A DNA stretch of 64,000 nt from Takakia lepidozioides (taxonomy: Eukaryota; Plantae; Bryophyta): assembly GCA_030704615.1 (NCBI GenBank), contig CM060732.1:76198001-76262000 (forward strand). The letters run 5' to 3'. Every line of letters starts with the position of its first letter. Positions within the stretch are counted from its first letter, which is position 1. Under the pieces are notes generated by a model. That model was not told the origin of the DNA and did no database searches. It worked only from the letters and a program-made list of their open reading frames with translations. Positions 9,725 to 21,733 of this stretch are shown here, piece by piece. The translations under genes were made by a program, and so were the position numbers.

Positions 9725-12620
9725 GTACATCGGGTCAATGGGTGAACCAATCGTTCCCATGCCAAATGATTTTAGATTGATTTGAAACTTTGGAAGTGTC
9801 TTGTACATGCCCTCTTTAAGTTACCGGACAAGTATGAGATCAATCTAAAATGGTTCTAAGGGTGAACCAATAGTTCCCCTATTAAATGATTCATGATTGA
9901 AAATTGGTTGAAAGGTTTAACGAGTCATTCGGGGGGCAAATGATTATTCCTTCGCTTGCAACTTTATGTACGTGATTTGTACGTACTTAAGCACATATGG
10001 ACCAAAGTTGAACTTCAACAAAGTTGTTTGAATGGGTTATTCAAATTCAAAGCAGAGGTATGTGTCGTATAGACGAGAAATAACCTTTCGCCTGCACATG
10101 AATTGTTTTTAATTCCATTCTGAAGCCATATGCTTGATAACAACATGAAGAGTTGCATGCAAAATATCACCATGACAGACATCGTCTGCATCCAAAACAC
10201 ATTTTATTCCTCATTTGCACTCCAAGGTGAAGTTATCTTCAACTTCATGCAATCTTTATAGAGAGTTCTGCAATAGTGAGCATAGAGCAAAGGATGAACA
10301 TTTTTTTTCAAACATTTTTCTTTGGTACATTTTTTGGCAAGGATGTGGTGGTGTGAGGGTTTCCCTATCAAATGATTTTACATTGCTTTGAAGCTTTGCA
10401 AGTGTCAGCCACATGCCCTCTTATAAGTACTCGACAAGTATGATGTGAATAAAAAATGGTTGAAAGTGTGAACCAATCATTCCGCTATCAAATGATTTTA
10501 TATTATTTTGGATGTCATTGCTTTGGTAATTCTAGCCCCCCAATGGCCCATTCTAACCCTTGAATTACAATTCAAATGCAATTCAAGCCCTTAAAATTGG
10601 TAATGCCAGTCCCTAAAATGACCAACCCCGGCCGCCCCTCAAATTGTAATTTGAGCCCTTGAAATTGTCAATTCCAACCCCTCAATTTGCAATTGAAGCC
10701 CCTGAAATTTAATTCCAACCCCTCAAATTGCACTTCTAGCCCCTAAAATGGCAATTCCCGCCCCTCAAATTGCAACTATAGCCTGTGAAATGACAATTGC
10801 TAGTGCAGCCCCTGAAATGGCAATTTCAGCCCCTGAAATTGGCTATGGGTGAACCAATCATTCCCCTGCCAAATGATTTTGGATTCATTTGAAACTTTGC
10901 GAGTGTCTTGTACATGCCCTCTTAAAGTTACTCGACAAGAATGATGTCAATGTTAAATGGTTCAAGGGTTGAACCAACAGTTCCCCTGTTGGATGATTCA
11001 TGATTAATCGTTAACGATTGATCTCATATTACACTGGGACCTATCAGAGGGTACATTGAACACACTGGCCAAGTTTCAAAACGAACGAAAATCATTTGGA
11101 TGGGCAACCATCCGTTGGCCCATTGAACGAATTTCGATTGATCTCATATTACTCTGGGGCCTCTTCCATGGTACATTGAAGATATTGGCCAAGTCTCAAA
11201 GCGAACCAAAATCATTTCGATGGCCAACCATCCGTTGAGCCATTGAATGAATTTCGATTGATCTGATATTAGTCCGGGACCTGTGAGAGGGTATCTCAAA
11301 CGTACTGGCAAAGTTTGGAAGCAAACAAAAACTGATTTGGATGGCAACCATCCGTTCACCCATTTAATGTATTATGTTCGATCTGCTATTATTTTGGGAC
11401 GGGTTGGGCTGCGTTTCACGTGCTCATGTTTTTTTTTTCATTCCGTTTTTGAATGGGGCGTGTAATGACTCCATATGCAACGTACGTGCCAATTTTGGGA
11501 GCGATCAAAATTCATTTGGACCCAAAACCACAGTTTCTTGCCCATTTTGCACTCCAAACTTGATTTGTGCTTTATTTCATGCACTCTTCATAGAGAGTTC
11601 TGCAACAGTGAACGAAGAGAACACTTTTTTTGGGGGAATTTTTTATTGGCCAAAATTTTGGCGGGAGTAGCAGTGGGATTGCTTGAAGCCGCCAGAACAA
11701 AATTGAGCCAAAATCAAAATCGATACGTGCCAGAAACCCCAATGAAAGGCAGTGCAAACCTATTTATTGGCTTAAAATTAATTTAAATTCAATTACATTC
11801 TGGAATGGCTTGGTGTCGATGGGGAGGCAAACAATTTATTCGTCTGTTGTGTCTCCGCACATGTGTCGCACATATGTTCAAGCACATGCGGGCAAAAAAG
11901 GGGCTTCAACCACATCCAATCAATGGGTGCAATAGCCGTGCATGCATTGCAGAATTACTTTTTCGCAATGAACAAAAACCAGATGACAACTAAACGCCTC
12001 ATTGGCCCATCGAACGAATTTCGATTGATCTCATATTACACTGGGACCTATCAGAGGATACATTGAACACAGGGCCAAGTCTCAAAGCGAACGAAAATCA
12101 TTTGGATGGGCATCCATCCATTGGCCCATTGAACGAATTTCGATTGATCTTATATTACTTTAGGGCCTTTTCCATGCTACATTGAATATACTGACCAAGT
12201 CTAGTTTATCCTTTTCACCATTAACGATTAATCACGAATAAATCATTTGCCTCCAAATGATTTTGGTAACCTTGATAAAAAAAAATTGAATGATTTTGAA
12301 ATTTTGCCAGTATGTTCTACATGCTTCTCACATCGACCGGACAAGTATGAGATCAATCAAAAATGGTTCACAGGAGGAACCAATGGTTACTTGATGTGCC
12401 AATTTCTGAATGCTTTCAAACTTTGCCATAGCATTGTACATGCCCTCTTAAAGGTACCGGACAAGTATGAGTCGATTTAAAATATTGCAATGGGTGAACC
12501 AATGGTATCTTCATTCAGCAATTTTTGATTGTTTTGAAACTTTGCGAGTACATTGTACATGTCGTCAAACAGAGATAACGAAACAAGTATGAGGTCATTT
12601 AAAATGGCTCAAAGGATGAA
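9725..12620. repeat. ~120-bp satellite in alternating-orientation blocks between the convergent cargo genes (copy 2); includes the 21-bp minisatellite at ~10520-10850
   Basis: Forward units at ~9730-10990 and ~12290-12620; inverted units at ~11010-11400 and ~12000-12200. Confidence 0.85.
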
Positions 12621-12719
12621 CCTCGTATTTCCAAATATTACGTAGACTATATAGTGGGTTGCACATTTAAGTTTTCACAACCTGAGACCTTTAGCCTACT
12701 TCCTACGTTTCTAGTCTTT

Positions 12720-15236
12720 TTAGTCATCTTCATCTAGATTTGTTACTTCGTTATCGTCATCTCCAGATGTTGATGAAGATGCTCCGGGTGTAGAGGACGT
12801 GCCTCCACCAGTTCGGAGAGCTCGAGCCTGGGCTCGAGTGGTCAAAGAGGGACCCAGTGTTGTGTGGTCCACCCTTGCCATCATGCGTAGCGTTCTAGGC
12901 GAGTGCTGACTCTCTTCCACATTTGCCAGAGCCGGGTTTGTCGCTCTTGCTACGGCTTCATGCAAATTTCAATTTAAATCCGATATGTTTGGAAGTGGCA
13001 AGAACATCCCTGGAATAGAGGCAACTTGGTCACGCCATGTGTTCTGCCAATACTTTACAACACTCGTGATGGCAGCCTTGAAATTATCCAACACCCTCTG
13101 CTGCTGGGGGTCTTTGCGCAACTCTAGAGGAAATGGCCCTTCATTCTGACGAGGCACCCATTCATATCATCCCAACGGATGCTAGCGGCCTCCAACTCAC
13201 TCAAAAATAGGTCTCTCCCAATCGGTTCGCGATTGTATGGGTCGTTTTCTGCTGGCACCCACGGATCCTCATGCAGTCGGAAGAATCTTTGTCTGGTACA
13301 GCTCCAATGCCCTCCCAAGTTCTGGCAAAAAAGCTCTCTTTGGACTGGGTCCCGTATGCCTCTAGCACGCACGGTTATTTCCCAGTTGGATGTCAACCAA
13401 AGGTCACCGGATCTTTAACCTAGATAAACGTCATAGCATCCAAGGCGTGCACCTCTCTTGGAGCATCCAATGTCATTGTCTCCCCCCAGTGCTGACAATT
13501 TAAAAAATCGTAAGGCGATACATCCAATGGCATGTTGTACCGTTTGTACTCGTATCCCGTGGGCATATTGTTTTGCAACCTAAACAACTCTAGAAACGTC
13601 GATGGATTGGTCCACGGCTGTCAGGGCATTGGCTGGCTCACATGGCTGCCGATATGAGACATGCGGGGTGGAACAAATGGCCACATGAACCAAACATATA
13701 GCCTCCCTCCGGTCCGTAAGGGTTTAAACACATTGTGCACACCGTACCATCTGTTACCTATGACGCTGGATTGCTACGTGGTATCCACGTCCGTTTATCC
13801 TCATGAATGTCGGATGACATCCTCGGCTGCTGTCTCCCAATCCTCCTTACTTCCAAATCCCAGTTTATGTTCATATTGGTATCAGAAATTGTATGCACAC
13901 AGTGCTCAAACATGACATCCACATCACCCCATGTGGTGACTCAGTGTACTTCGACGTGAATACATCACGCACAGTGTCGTGCCTTTGCAAATTAGCAGAG
14001 ATGTTATCTACGCTTCGATTCAACAAACGTGCTGCACGTTGGAGAGAGGACATCGCTTCTTCTATCCGTGTTTCCCATAATGCTAGACGGCCCGCCCATG
14101 TCACCCAATTCCGCCAATTCCCCTTCAACCATGGCCACAATCGGATTTGCATGACATTTGAGTACCGATATGCAACAACCCTAGCTTGCTCACGTTCCCC
14201 CACAAGCTGCTCTAATTCTTGTTCCTAGGCCGATGTAATTTGCACGGCTGAACATTCCTCAGTTTCCACTATGGGGTCCTTCCTTTTCTTTGCCTCTCCG
14301 CCGCAAGTCTTCTCCTCAACCCTCGCCGGGTCCCAGTTCAGGGGTTTGCACTTCATTCCCATACCCGATTGAGTCAACCCCGTCGATGACGCTGTCAATG
14401 TCCATTGGTGGCATATCCAAATGCGCCAATATGTCTTGCTCGTTGGTGATTGGCCTCGGGTCCTGAAGTACACCGCGTATGCTGTCGAGAGTCCCCAACC
14501 CCATTCTTTCCTTCAACTTCGCTATTTGCCACCGTTGCAAATGAACAATATCCTGCAGGGCCTTGATGTGCTGTTCATGTGCGGCCAACTGTTCCTCCAA
14601 CGGAGAGCGTACCTCGCCCCCCTCCACCTCAAACATTGAAGGCCCGGCTGCGGAGACCTGTTGCGGTGTATAATCTGGAGGTTGGTCTGCCTTTCCTTCT
14701 TCTTCCACCTCGTCGTTTCCATCCAACCGTATGATGTCATGCCCCTGATGTATATACAAGTCTAGGATATCAAAGAACATATATAGTCTAGTACGCCGTC
14801 TCGCAGTGGCAGTTTGCCAATCCACTTGTCGCAATAAAATCAACTCTGTGTACAACATGGCCGCAAATAAATACGGAACCTTGTTGTTGACAAGCGGTTG
14901 ACCCCCCAATGTTGTATGTACCTCCTCTGCCGTGTGGCGGAAATGCGGGTTGGCGCAGCAATGCAAGCTAGCTTGATTTTGTTTGGTTGTGGATCATGCC
15001 TATTTCTGGGCCACAAACGATTTATGTGACACCAGTCCATAAATTTCCTGTAGTCACCAAGCGACCACCGCTGCCCCAAACCTCCAAACTTCCCAACCTG
15101 GTTCCGCAAGAATGTTGGGGTCATTGTATATGTCCCAACGAAGTTCGCGCCTGACCCCTTTCGGTTTTTTTTTGGGAGGTCCAGGTTCATTATCGTCATC
15201 CCTGGGATGACCTCCTCTGTCTTCCTCCTCCGCCAT
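12720..15236 (-). pseudogene. Cargo gene B: NLS-like N-terminus, uncharacterised domain, coiled coil, RING-H2 finger and C-terminal domain (disrupted)
   Basis: Serial minus-strand ORF pieces at 15054-15236 (PPKKKPK), 14316-14966, 13871-14203, 13124-13396, 12969-13157 and 12720-12965. Hand translation of 13739-13617 gives CTMCLNPYGPEGGYMFGSCGHLFHPACLISAAM*ASQCPDS. This could be two genes. Confidence 0.7.
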
Positions 15237-15664
15237 TTATGGCTCTGGCTTACCCCTACTCGACATGTGTTTGCTAAGAAAAATACTCTCACAACCCTCC
15301 TAAATCGTATCTAATCCTACTCCCTAATGAATCCTCCCCAAGTACTAGAGGCATTTGTCACTCCCTCCGCAGTTCTAAGTGATATGACACAATGTGCAAT
15401 GAAAAAAACGTGGGTGCCAGAGAAGGGCTTCGAGGGAGGTACTCACAATCGATTTCGTAGAAATCAACGGCCCAAAATACCCCCCACCCAACCAATAGCA
15501 CCCCTCTCCATTTGGACTCAATGACAAGGAATGCAACTACCCATCGCCCACCAAGTCCTGGTGTAGAGAAAAGTGAGGGAGATAATGGCCTCGAAGGCCT
15601 TATAAGCCCCCCCTCCACACTCGGGGCGCGCGCTGTCATCATGACTGCGCAAGCTAGTAATAGC

Positions 15665-16142
15665 TGCAACCGCCAACAGAGGGGTGGTCGCATCATTTTT
15701 TCTTTTTTTTTATTATGTGCGACCACCAGTAGGGGGTGGTCGCAGATTTTTTTTTTTTTAATAGATGCGACCACCAGCAGGGGGTGGTCGCAGATTTTTT
15801 TTATTTTTTTTAATGGGTGCGACCACCAGGAGGGGGATGGTCGCAGATTTTTTTTATTTTTTTTAATGGGTGTGACCACCAGGAGGGGGATGGTCGCAGA
15901 TTTTTTTATTTTTTTTAATGGGTGTGACGGGGGTGGTCGCAATTATTATTTTTTTAATAGGTGCGACCACCAGCAGGGAGATGGTCGCATAATTTTTCTT
16001 TTTTTTAATAGGCGCGACCACCAGTAGAAGGGTGGTCGCAGAAATTTTGTTTAAAACAAATAGGTACGACCACCACTTGCTGGTGGTCGCACTATTTTCC
16101 TTTTCTTTAATAGATGCGACCACCAGCAAGGGGGTGGTCGCA
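15665..16142 (+). repeat. Internal array of ~10 TGCGACC palindromic units
   Basis: Units about every 50 bp (15719, 15767, 15819, 15872...); two or three further units at 16448-16560. Confidence 0.9.
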
Positions 16143-16171
16143 TAATTTTTCGATTTTTTAATATCTACCAA

Positions 16172-16392
16172 CAGTCAATAGCTCAGTTGGTTAAGTGCAC
16201 TGAGTGCGACCCGGACGATTTTGGGGTCAAATCTTGCTACTTGATGGGTGCGGTATGGTTCGTGTGTGGTGCTTCATTCATACGCCTCATGGCGCATAAA
16301 TGAAAGAGGTTATTTTCTCCTCTCACTACTAAGGGGCCTGATTTGTGAACTGTCACTCCCAAGTGTTTCCCAAAAAATTAAAAATTAAAAAA
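16172..16392 (+). mobile_element. tRNA-derived SINE-like insertion
   Basis: A-box-like tagctcagttggttaag, B-box-like gggtcaaatc, an unrelated body and an A-rich tail. No clean cloverleaf or TSD seen. Confidence 0.55.
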
Positions 16393-16877
16393 TGAACCCC
16401 CTCTCTTGCTACGTACTAACTTACTACCTATTAAATCAGTAAATAGGTGCGACTACCAGCAGGGGGGTGGTCGCAACATTTTTCTTTTATTTTAACAGTT
16501 GCGATGACCGCTACTGGTGGTCGCACAATTGTTTTTTTATAAATAGGTGCGACCACCAGGAGGTTGGTCCCCTTGCACCTGTATGTATGTTTGGAGAGGC
16601 AGATAAAATGCACATGTATCGACTCCCCATGTATTGGTGATGTGGAAGATGAATGTTAGGAGCTGCACTTGGCTTTTGTGGCTTTCGAAACCATAATAGG
16701 AAATCAACAATGTAAAGGTAATGACGAAACACAAACACACGCACAACCACCAAATCCTTTCTTGGGTACACATATTCCACCATTTTTATTTCCGTACACG
16801 TATGCATGTACCCAAACTAAAACATGGATATCCATGGAAACATACTACACATCATGTGACAAAAGTTATAGCTGTAC

Positions 16878-19810
16878 CTAGTTCCGTCTAGCACGACGAT
16901 GATGGTATGATCTCACGCCTAGTATAAAATCTTTGTCCCCACTCACTTCACCCCCGTTCCCATGATCAGTGCTAGAATCATGATCTCCATCAGTTCTTTC
17001 ATTTCCAGAGGCAACTGGCCGTTGGACCTGTAGTCGTCCTCGGAGTACGTTCAGTTGTCGATTTCCACTCCTATCATGAATACCATCTAGGGTATCAGGC
17101 CTGTTCACAGGTCGGTTATCAACAAAAGGTTGCACAATTCTCTGCCGTTTCTGGGCTTGTCCCGGATTTTGTGGTGGCCTTGGAGCAGGTCTCGTATGAG
17201 GAAGGCTACTCGCACGTACATCAGAGGACATGAGAGGAAGGGACATGAGATGTACCAGCGAGGGTCGAGGGAGCACGGTTCACATGCGGACATCGTCAGG
17301 CCAGATGAAACGACAATGGCCGGTCGTCGTCATCTGATGGTTCGACTTGCAGAAGTCCCGCAGCAGAAGAAACATCTCCCAGGATCGGAGTAGCGATGGA
17401 AGGAATTACATAAGGGGGAGTGAGACTAGATGGACCAGCATGGGATGGACCGGCTTGAGAAAGAGAAACATGAGATGGAGCGGCGTGAGATGAAGCACGG
17501 TTCACAGGGGCACGATGTCGGTGAAAGAATGACAACGGCCGGTTGTCATCATCCGACAATTCGACCTGCACATCTCCCGCAGTCCGTGGAACTCGTGGTG
17601 GGGGAGAGTTGACCTCAACTTCATTGTTGAGAGTGTGCTCCACTGGGGGAAGGGGGTCCGCAATTGGGACTCGCAGTTCATCAACAACAAGATCATCGAA
17701 TGATGGATGCATTGCAGCATCATCGTCATAAAATTCATATGGGTCATGCGGCGGATTGCCCACATCATCGGACCCATCCCAACCGTTGGAGTCGGAGTCC
17801 CTCGCGGCGTCGGTGTCATCATTGCTGCTAGATCGGGCCTCTGAGGCAGATTCTTCTCGTACCATGCAGATGCGTCACTTGCTGTCCTCTCTTGCAGTAG
17901 CCTACAATTCGTGTAGACATAAACCAATTTGTCAGCCCTGACATGATTCAACTTGTTGCGAATCTTGTTGTGAACAAACGAGTAACTGCTCCAGTTCCGC
18001 TCATATGACGAGGCAGAGCACACTTGAGCAAGAATACGCTTTGCAATGGGAGCTCACGTTCGTGCTCCAGCTCCAATCAGATCCCATCATTCATGTGACA
18101 ACATGTTCATTGCTTTTGGATCCGGCATGTCATGGAAAAGATTCTAGCGTTCCGAGAAGCACTGGTACTCGGACAAAGCTCGCTCTGCCATGTTCAAGGG
18201 CGCGAGTTGTATGATGACCCGTATAAGCCCGACTTTGGCATCCACATCGTTTCTCAAATCCGTATTGTCCAGCAAGAATAGATTCAACAAGGCCCCCACA
18301 TAATGCAAGTCTGTGCGAACCATCCGTTTGCGGTCGTAAAATGCATCATCGGTCATTGCTGCCAAATCATCATCCATAGAAAATGGAGGACGCCTCAAGG
18401 ATTGCACGTGCTTCTCAAGGTTTTCCAATATCAACCATGCTTCACCCATTATTGATTGTTTTCTATTAAACTCCCGCAAAGCAATCAACACCGGCTCCAC
18501 TATGTACACAAAATTTGTACATTTCGCCTAGAAATCGTCGGAGCGAATGATTGCGCGGACCCTCCGACTTTTGCTCAAAGACTTGGACTTACGAGGGTTG
18601 CGTAAGGTGCCCACATACGCATCTCATTGAGGGTCAATGATCACATGCTCCAGACCTGCCCTCACAGTCACCAGTCGATCCACCATCAAAAAGTTTGTGG
18701 CAAAGCGGATTTCACCCCGGCTCCTAAGGTTGTATTTGGGTTTATGCTTTCTAAACAATGTCAGAGGGATATGCTGTGTACGAATGAACGTCACAATCGA
18801 CTTTGCCCTTTTTACTAGTTGTTTCATCCATGATTATTTTCCTCAATCTTCCAAAATGAGATCAAAGATATGAGCAGCACACCCTTGGTAATATAGATGG
18901 AGATATCGTACCATCAAAATATCGGCCATATTAACCATGTTAGATGCATTGTCCGTGCACACTTGGACAATTTTATCAGCTCCAATTTTATCGATGAAAC
19001 TTGTCAACAACCCTGCTTGATAACGTGCATCTTTTCTCTCCCCGCTTGTGTCAACGGATCCCAAAAATTGTTCCCCCGCATGACAGACCAGCATGACATT
19101 GAACAGTTGTCGATTAGTAACAGAACTCCAACCGTCCGCACATATAGTGCTTCCATATTTCCAGAGAGAATCATATGTCTTTTCATTCACCTTTTGGGTG
19201 AGGTCAGACATAGCCCTCTTCTAGCAATCCTGTGCGGAGATCGCGATAACTTGGAGGTGTGTATGTGGACTTGGAATCGGACATGGCTTTGACAGTTGCC
19301 ACAAACGAAGGAAGCCTCGAGACATTGAACGGAATATTGGCCTCGTAGAAAAATTGGGCCCACTTCTTATCCAGAGTCATCCTATGCGACAAATTTAAGT
19401 CTTCTTGCATTGATTGTTGCCTCAATGGTCTGGTCCGTACAAGTGCTGGCGTACAATCGGGTGTTGTTCTTGACCCACCGGCTTCTCCACGAACAGCAGA
19501 CGCCTCGCAAGAATCCCCATGGGTATAACTCTGAGGGACATTTTGATTCGAACCTGGAGTGTTTGGCTCAGAAGCCGCAGCCACATCAAGAGACGGTGGG
19601 ATATTGTCTCCACATTGGGCAAAGTGGGCTTTCACTTCGCAGGGAGGCTTTTGGGCACAAACTAACCCTTGCATTCTTCCCATCTCTGTAGCCAAGGTGA
19701 TATAACATGCGATCTTTGCGACCCGCCAGCTTCAATGCACAAAGATTGCATTGAACACCGTCCTTTTTGTGCGGGTCTACGGTGAACCAAGGGATCCACT
19801 CCTCCATCAT
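16878..19810 (-). pseudogene. hAT transposase (BED zinc finger, DUF659-type core, hATC dimerisation domain, low-complexity tail), disrupted
   Basis: CNLC...YHL...C; FFYEANIPFN; PPSYRDLR; ICADGWS; CTDNASNM; CAAHIFDLILED; IRFAT; CSASSYERNWSSYSFVHNKIRNKL...KLVYVYTN. Several stops and frameshifts. Confidence 0.92.
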
Positions 19811-20184
19811 CCTCACACCCAAAACCCTAACCACAGACTTAAGGTTGAACGAAGAACACTAGTGTACTTGGTAGATTTGTCAAGAGCAATAGAAGTTAGA
19901 ACAGAATGCGATGGCCCAACACTACGGCATCAATCCAAGTAGAATTGAAGTACTATGCACCATGTAGTATTGTGCTTTTTGACAATTTGCTGCAGTGGCT
20001 CTGGTGGAAGTCATAACAGCAAACGGCCCACACCCTATTCTTGGGCTTACACTCTTGCTCAAGGAATAGAGAACATTCACTCGCCACAAAAGTGTTTACC
20101 ACAAAAGAAGTGAGGGACATTGGGACCACCTTATATAGCCTCCAGCCTCCAAGCCTTACACGCTTGACGAATCAGAATCCAATG

Positions 20185-20750
20185 TTGTGACCGCCCCAGG
20201 TCGCACAAGGAAGTCGCATGTTATTTTTTTAAAAAAAAACTGTTGTGACCACCCTCATGCTGGTGGTCGCAGATATTAAAAAACAGAAAATTGCTGCGAC
20301 CACCCCCCTGCTGGTGGGCGCATCTATTAAAAAAAATAAAAATGCTGCGACCACCCCATGCTCGTGGTCACAGAGATTATTAAAAAAAAAACGAAAAAAA
20401 AGAAGAAGAAAATTGCTGCGACCATCCCCCTGCTGGTGGTCGCACCTATTAAAAAAACAGAAAAATGCTGCGACCACCCCATGCTGGTGGTCGCAGATAT
20501 TAAAAAATAGAAAAATATTGCGACCACCCCAGTGATGGTGGTCGCACCTATTACAAATAAAATAAAAATTGTGCGACCACCAGTAGCAGTGGTTGCAACT
20601 GTTTAAGAAAAGAAAAAAATACGACCACCCCTGCTGGTGGTCGCATCTATTTTAAAAAAACAAAAAATGTTGTGACAACCCCTCTGCTGGTGGTCGCAAC
20701 TATTAAAAAATAAGATAAATTCTGCGACCACCACCATTTGGAGGTCGCAC
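20185..20750 (-). repeat. Right subterminal array of ~10 TGCGACC palindromic units (A-rich spacers; mirror of 7335-7795)
   Basis: tgcgaccacccccctgctggtggtcgca units at a ~50-bp period. Confidence 0.9.
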
Positions 20751-21733
20751 CAATTTAACAATAATGACTTAAAAATGACCTCAAATATTGGCGGATGGAG
20801 TAATTTATAAAACAATTCATTCACTTGCCAAGGTGTCGCTTCGAATACAACGTGTCCACCTACGTGGCATATTTTTCACCTAACTCATGTTTTATTGTTT
20901 TTTCGGCAAAACTGACGTGACGTTGGTTGCGTCAGCGTCAGGTCCGACGTGACGTGACGTGATGTGACGTCACTGACGTGTGCAACCCTGCCTTTTCCTG
21001 TAGTGGAAGCATTTTACAAGCATGCGTCTGGAACCTTGCCCTCTTATGTAGACCCAATACACGTGTGGTCCAAGCACATGTGCAGATGAGAGTGGGAGGA
21101 AGTGAATGCATGGTTAAGGGTGCAGCCAGGCCGATAGCAACAAACCAGAAATAAAATGATTTATCTTTTGAGAAAGCCACAAGTCTACTAGCTGAACTTA
21201 GTTGTTTACAACTAGTAGAAGGAGTCTAGCAGGAGTCGGAGTTCGAACATCTATTCCTGGTATTCGAGTTCGAGATCGAATTTCTCTGTTTATGTCTAGA
21301 TGCTTTTGAAGCTTACAAATATGAGGAAAACTGAGTGGCCCATCGGCCTTGGCTCCGGGAATTGACATATGTCGAGCATATGTCATCTCCAGGATACAAG
21401 TTGGTGCCCAATCTTGACCATTTCAATTGAAGCAGGCTTCACACATACATGTAAGTACCTAATCAACTGTTCAATATCTTTTTTTGTCTCAAAAGTTTCA
21501 TTTGTGGAAACGGACACCACTAAACTAATACTGAACATCGAGTTTACCATCTGGAGCACAAATGATGGGGAGCAACCCTTGAGACCAGTTGAGAAACAAC
21601 CAAAGCAGCTCGCCTAAGTACCCACAATTGAGAATATGCAACAAAAGAAGTTCGGACAACAAACATGGTAGAACTCGTGGAGATATTGCTTCCAAGTGCC
21701 CAAGTTACGAATATTAAAAGGAAAATAAGTTAT

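Larger units (their letters stand above)
7041..20990 (-). mobile_element. ~13.95-kb hAT DNA transposon carrying kinase and RING-H2 cargo genes
   Basis: Left end cctagttgca; right end tgcaaccctg (reverse complement cagggttgca). Flanks are ctttttcc (7033-7040) and ccttttcc (20991-20998), a 7/8 match for an 8-bp TSD. Subterminal TGACGT clusters and palindrome arrays are mirror images; an hAT transposase lies inside. Confidence 0.75.

Noticed and set aside
15665-16142. CRISPR-like array of regularly spaced palindromic repeats
   Set aside because: Spacers are low-complexity T/A runs rather than unique sequences, the repeats are degenerate, no cas genes are present and the context is a eukaryotic transposon.
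16172-16245. Functional tRNA gene
   Set aside because: Only A/B-box-like parts are recognisable; stems are degenerate and it continues into a SINE-like body.
1-20990. Endogenous giant virus origin of the kinase region
   Set aside because: No capsid, polymerase, packaging ATPase or other viral hallmark seen; hAT ends explain the structure.
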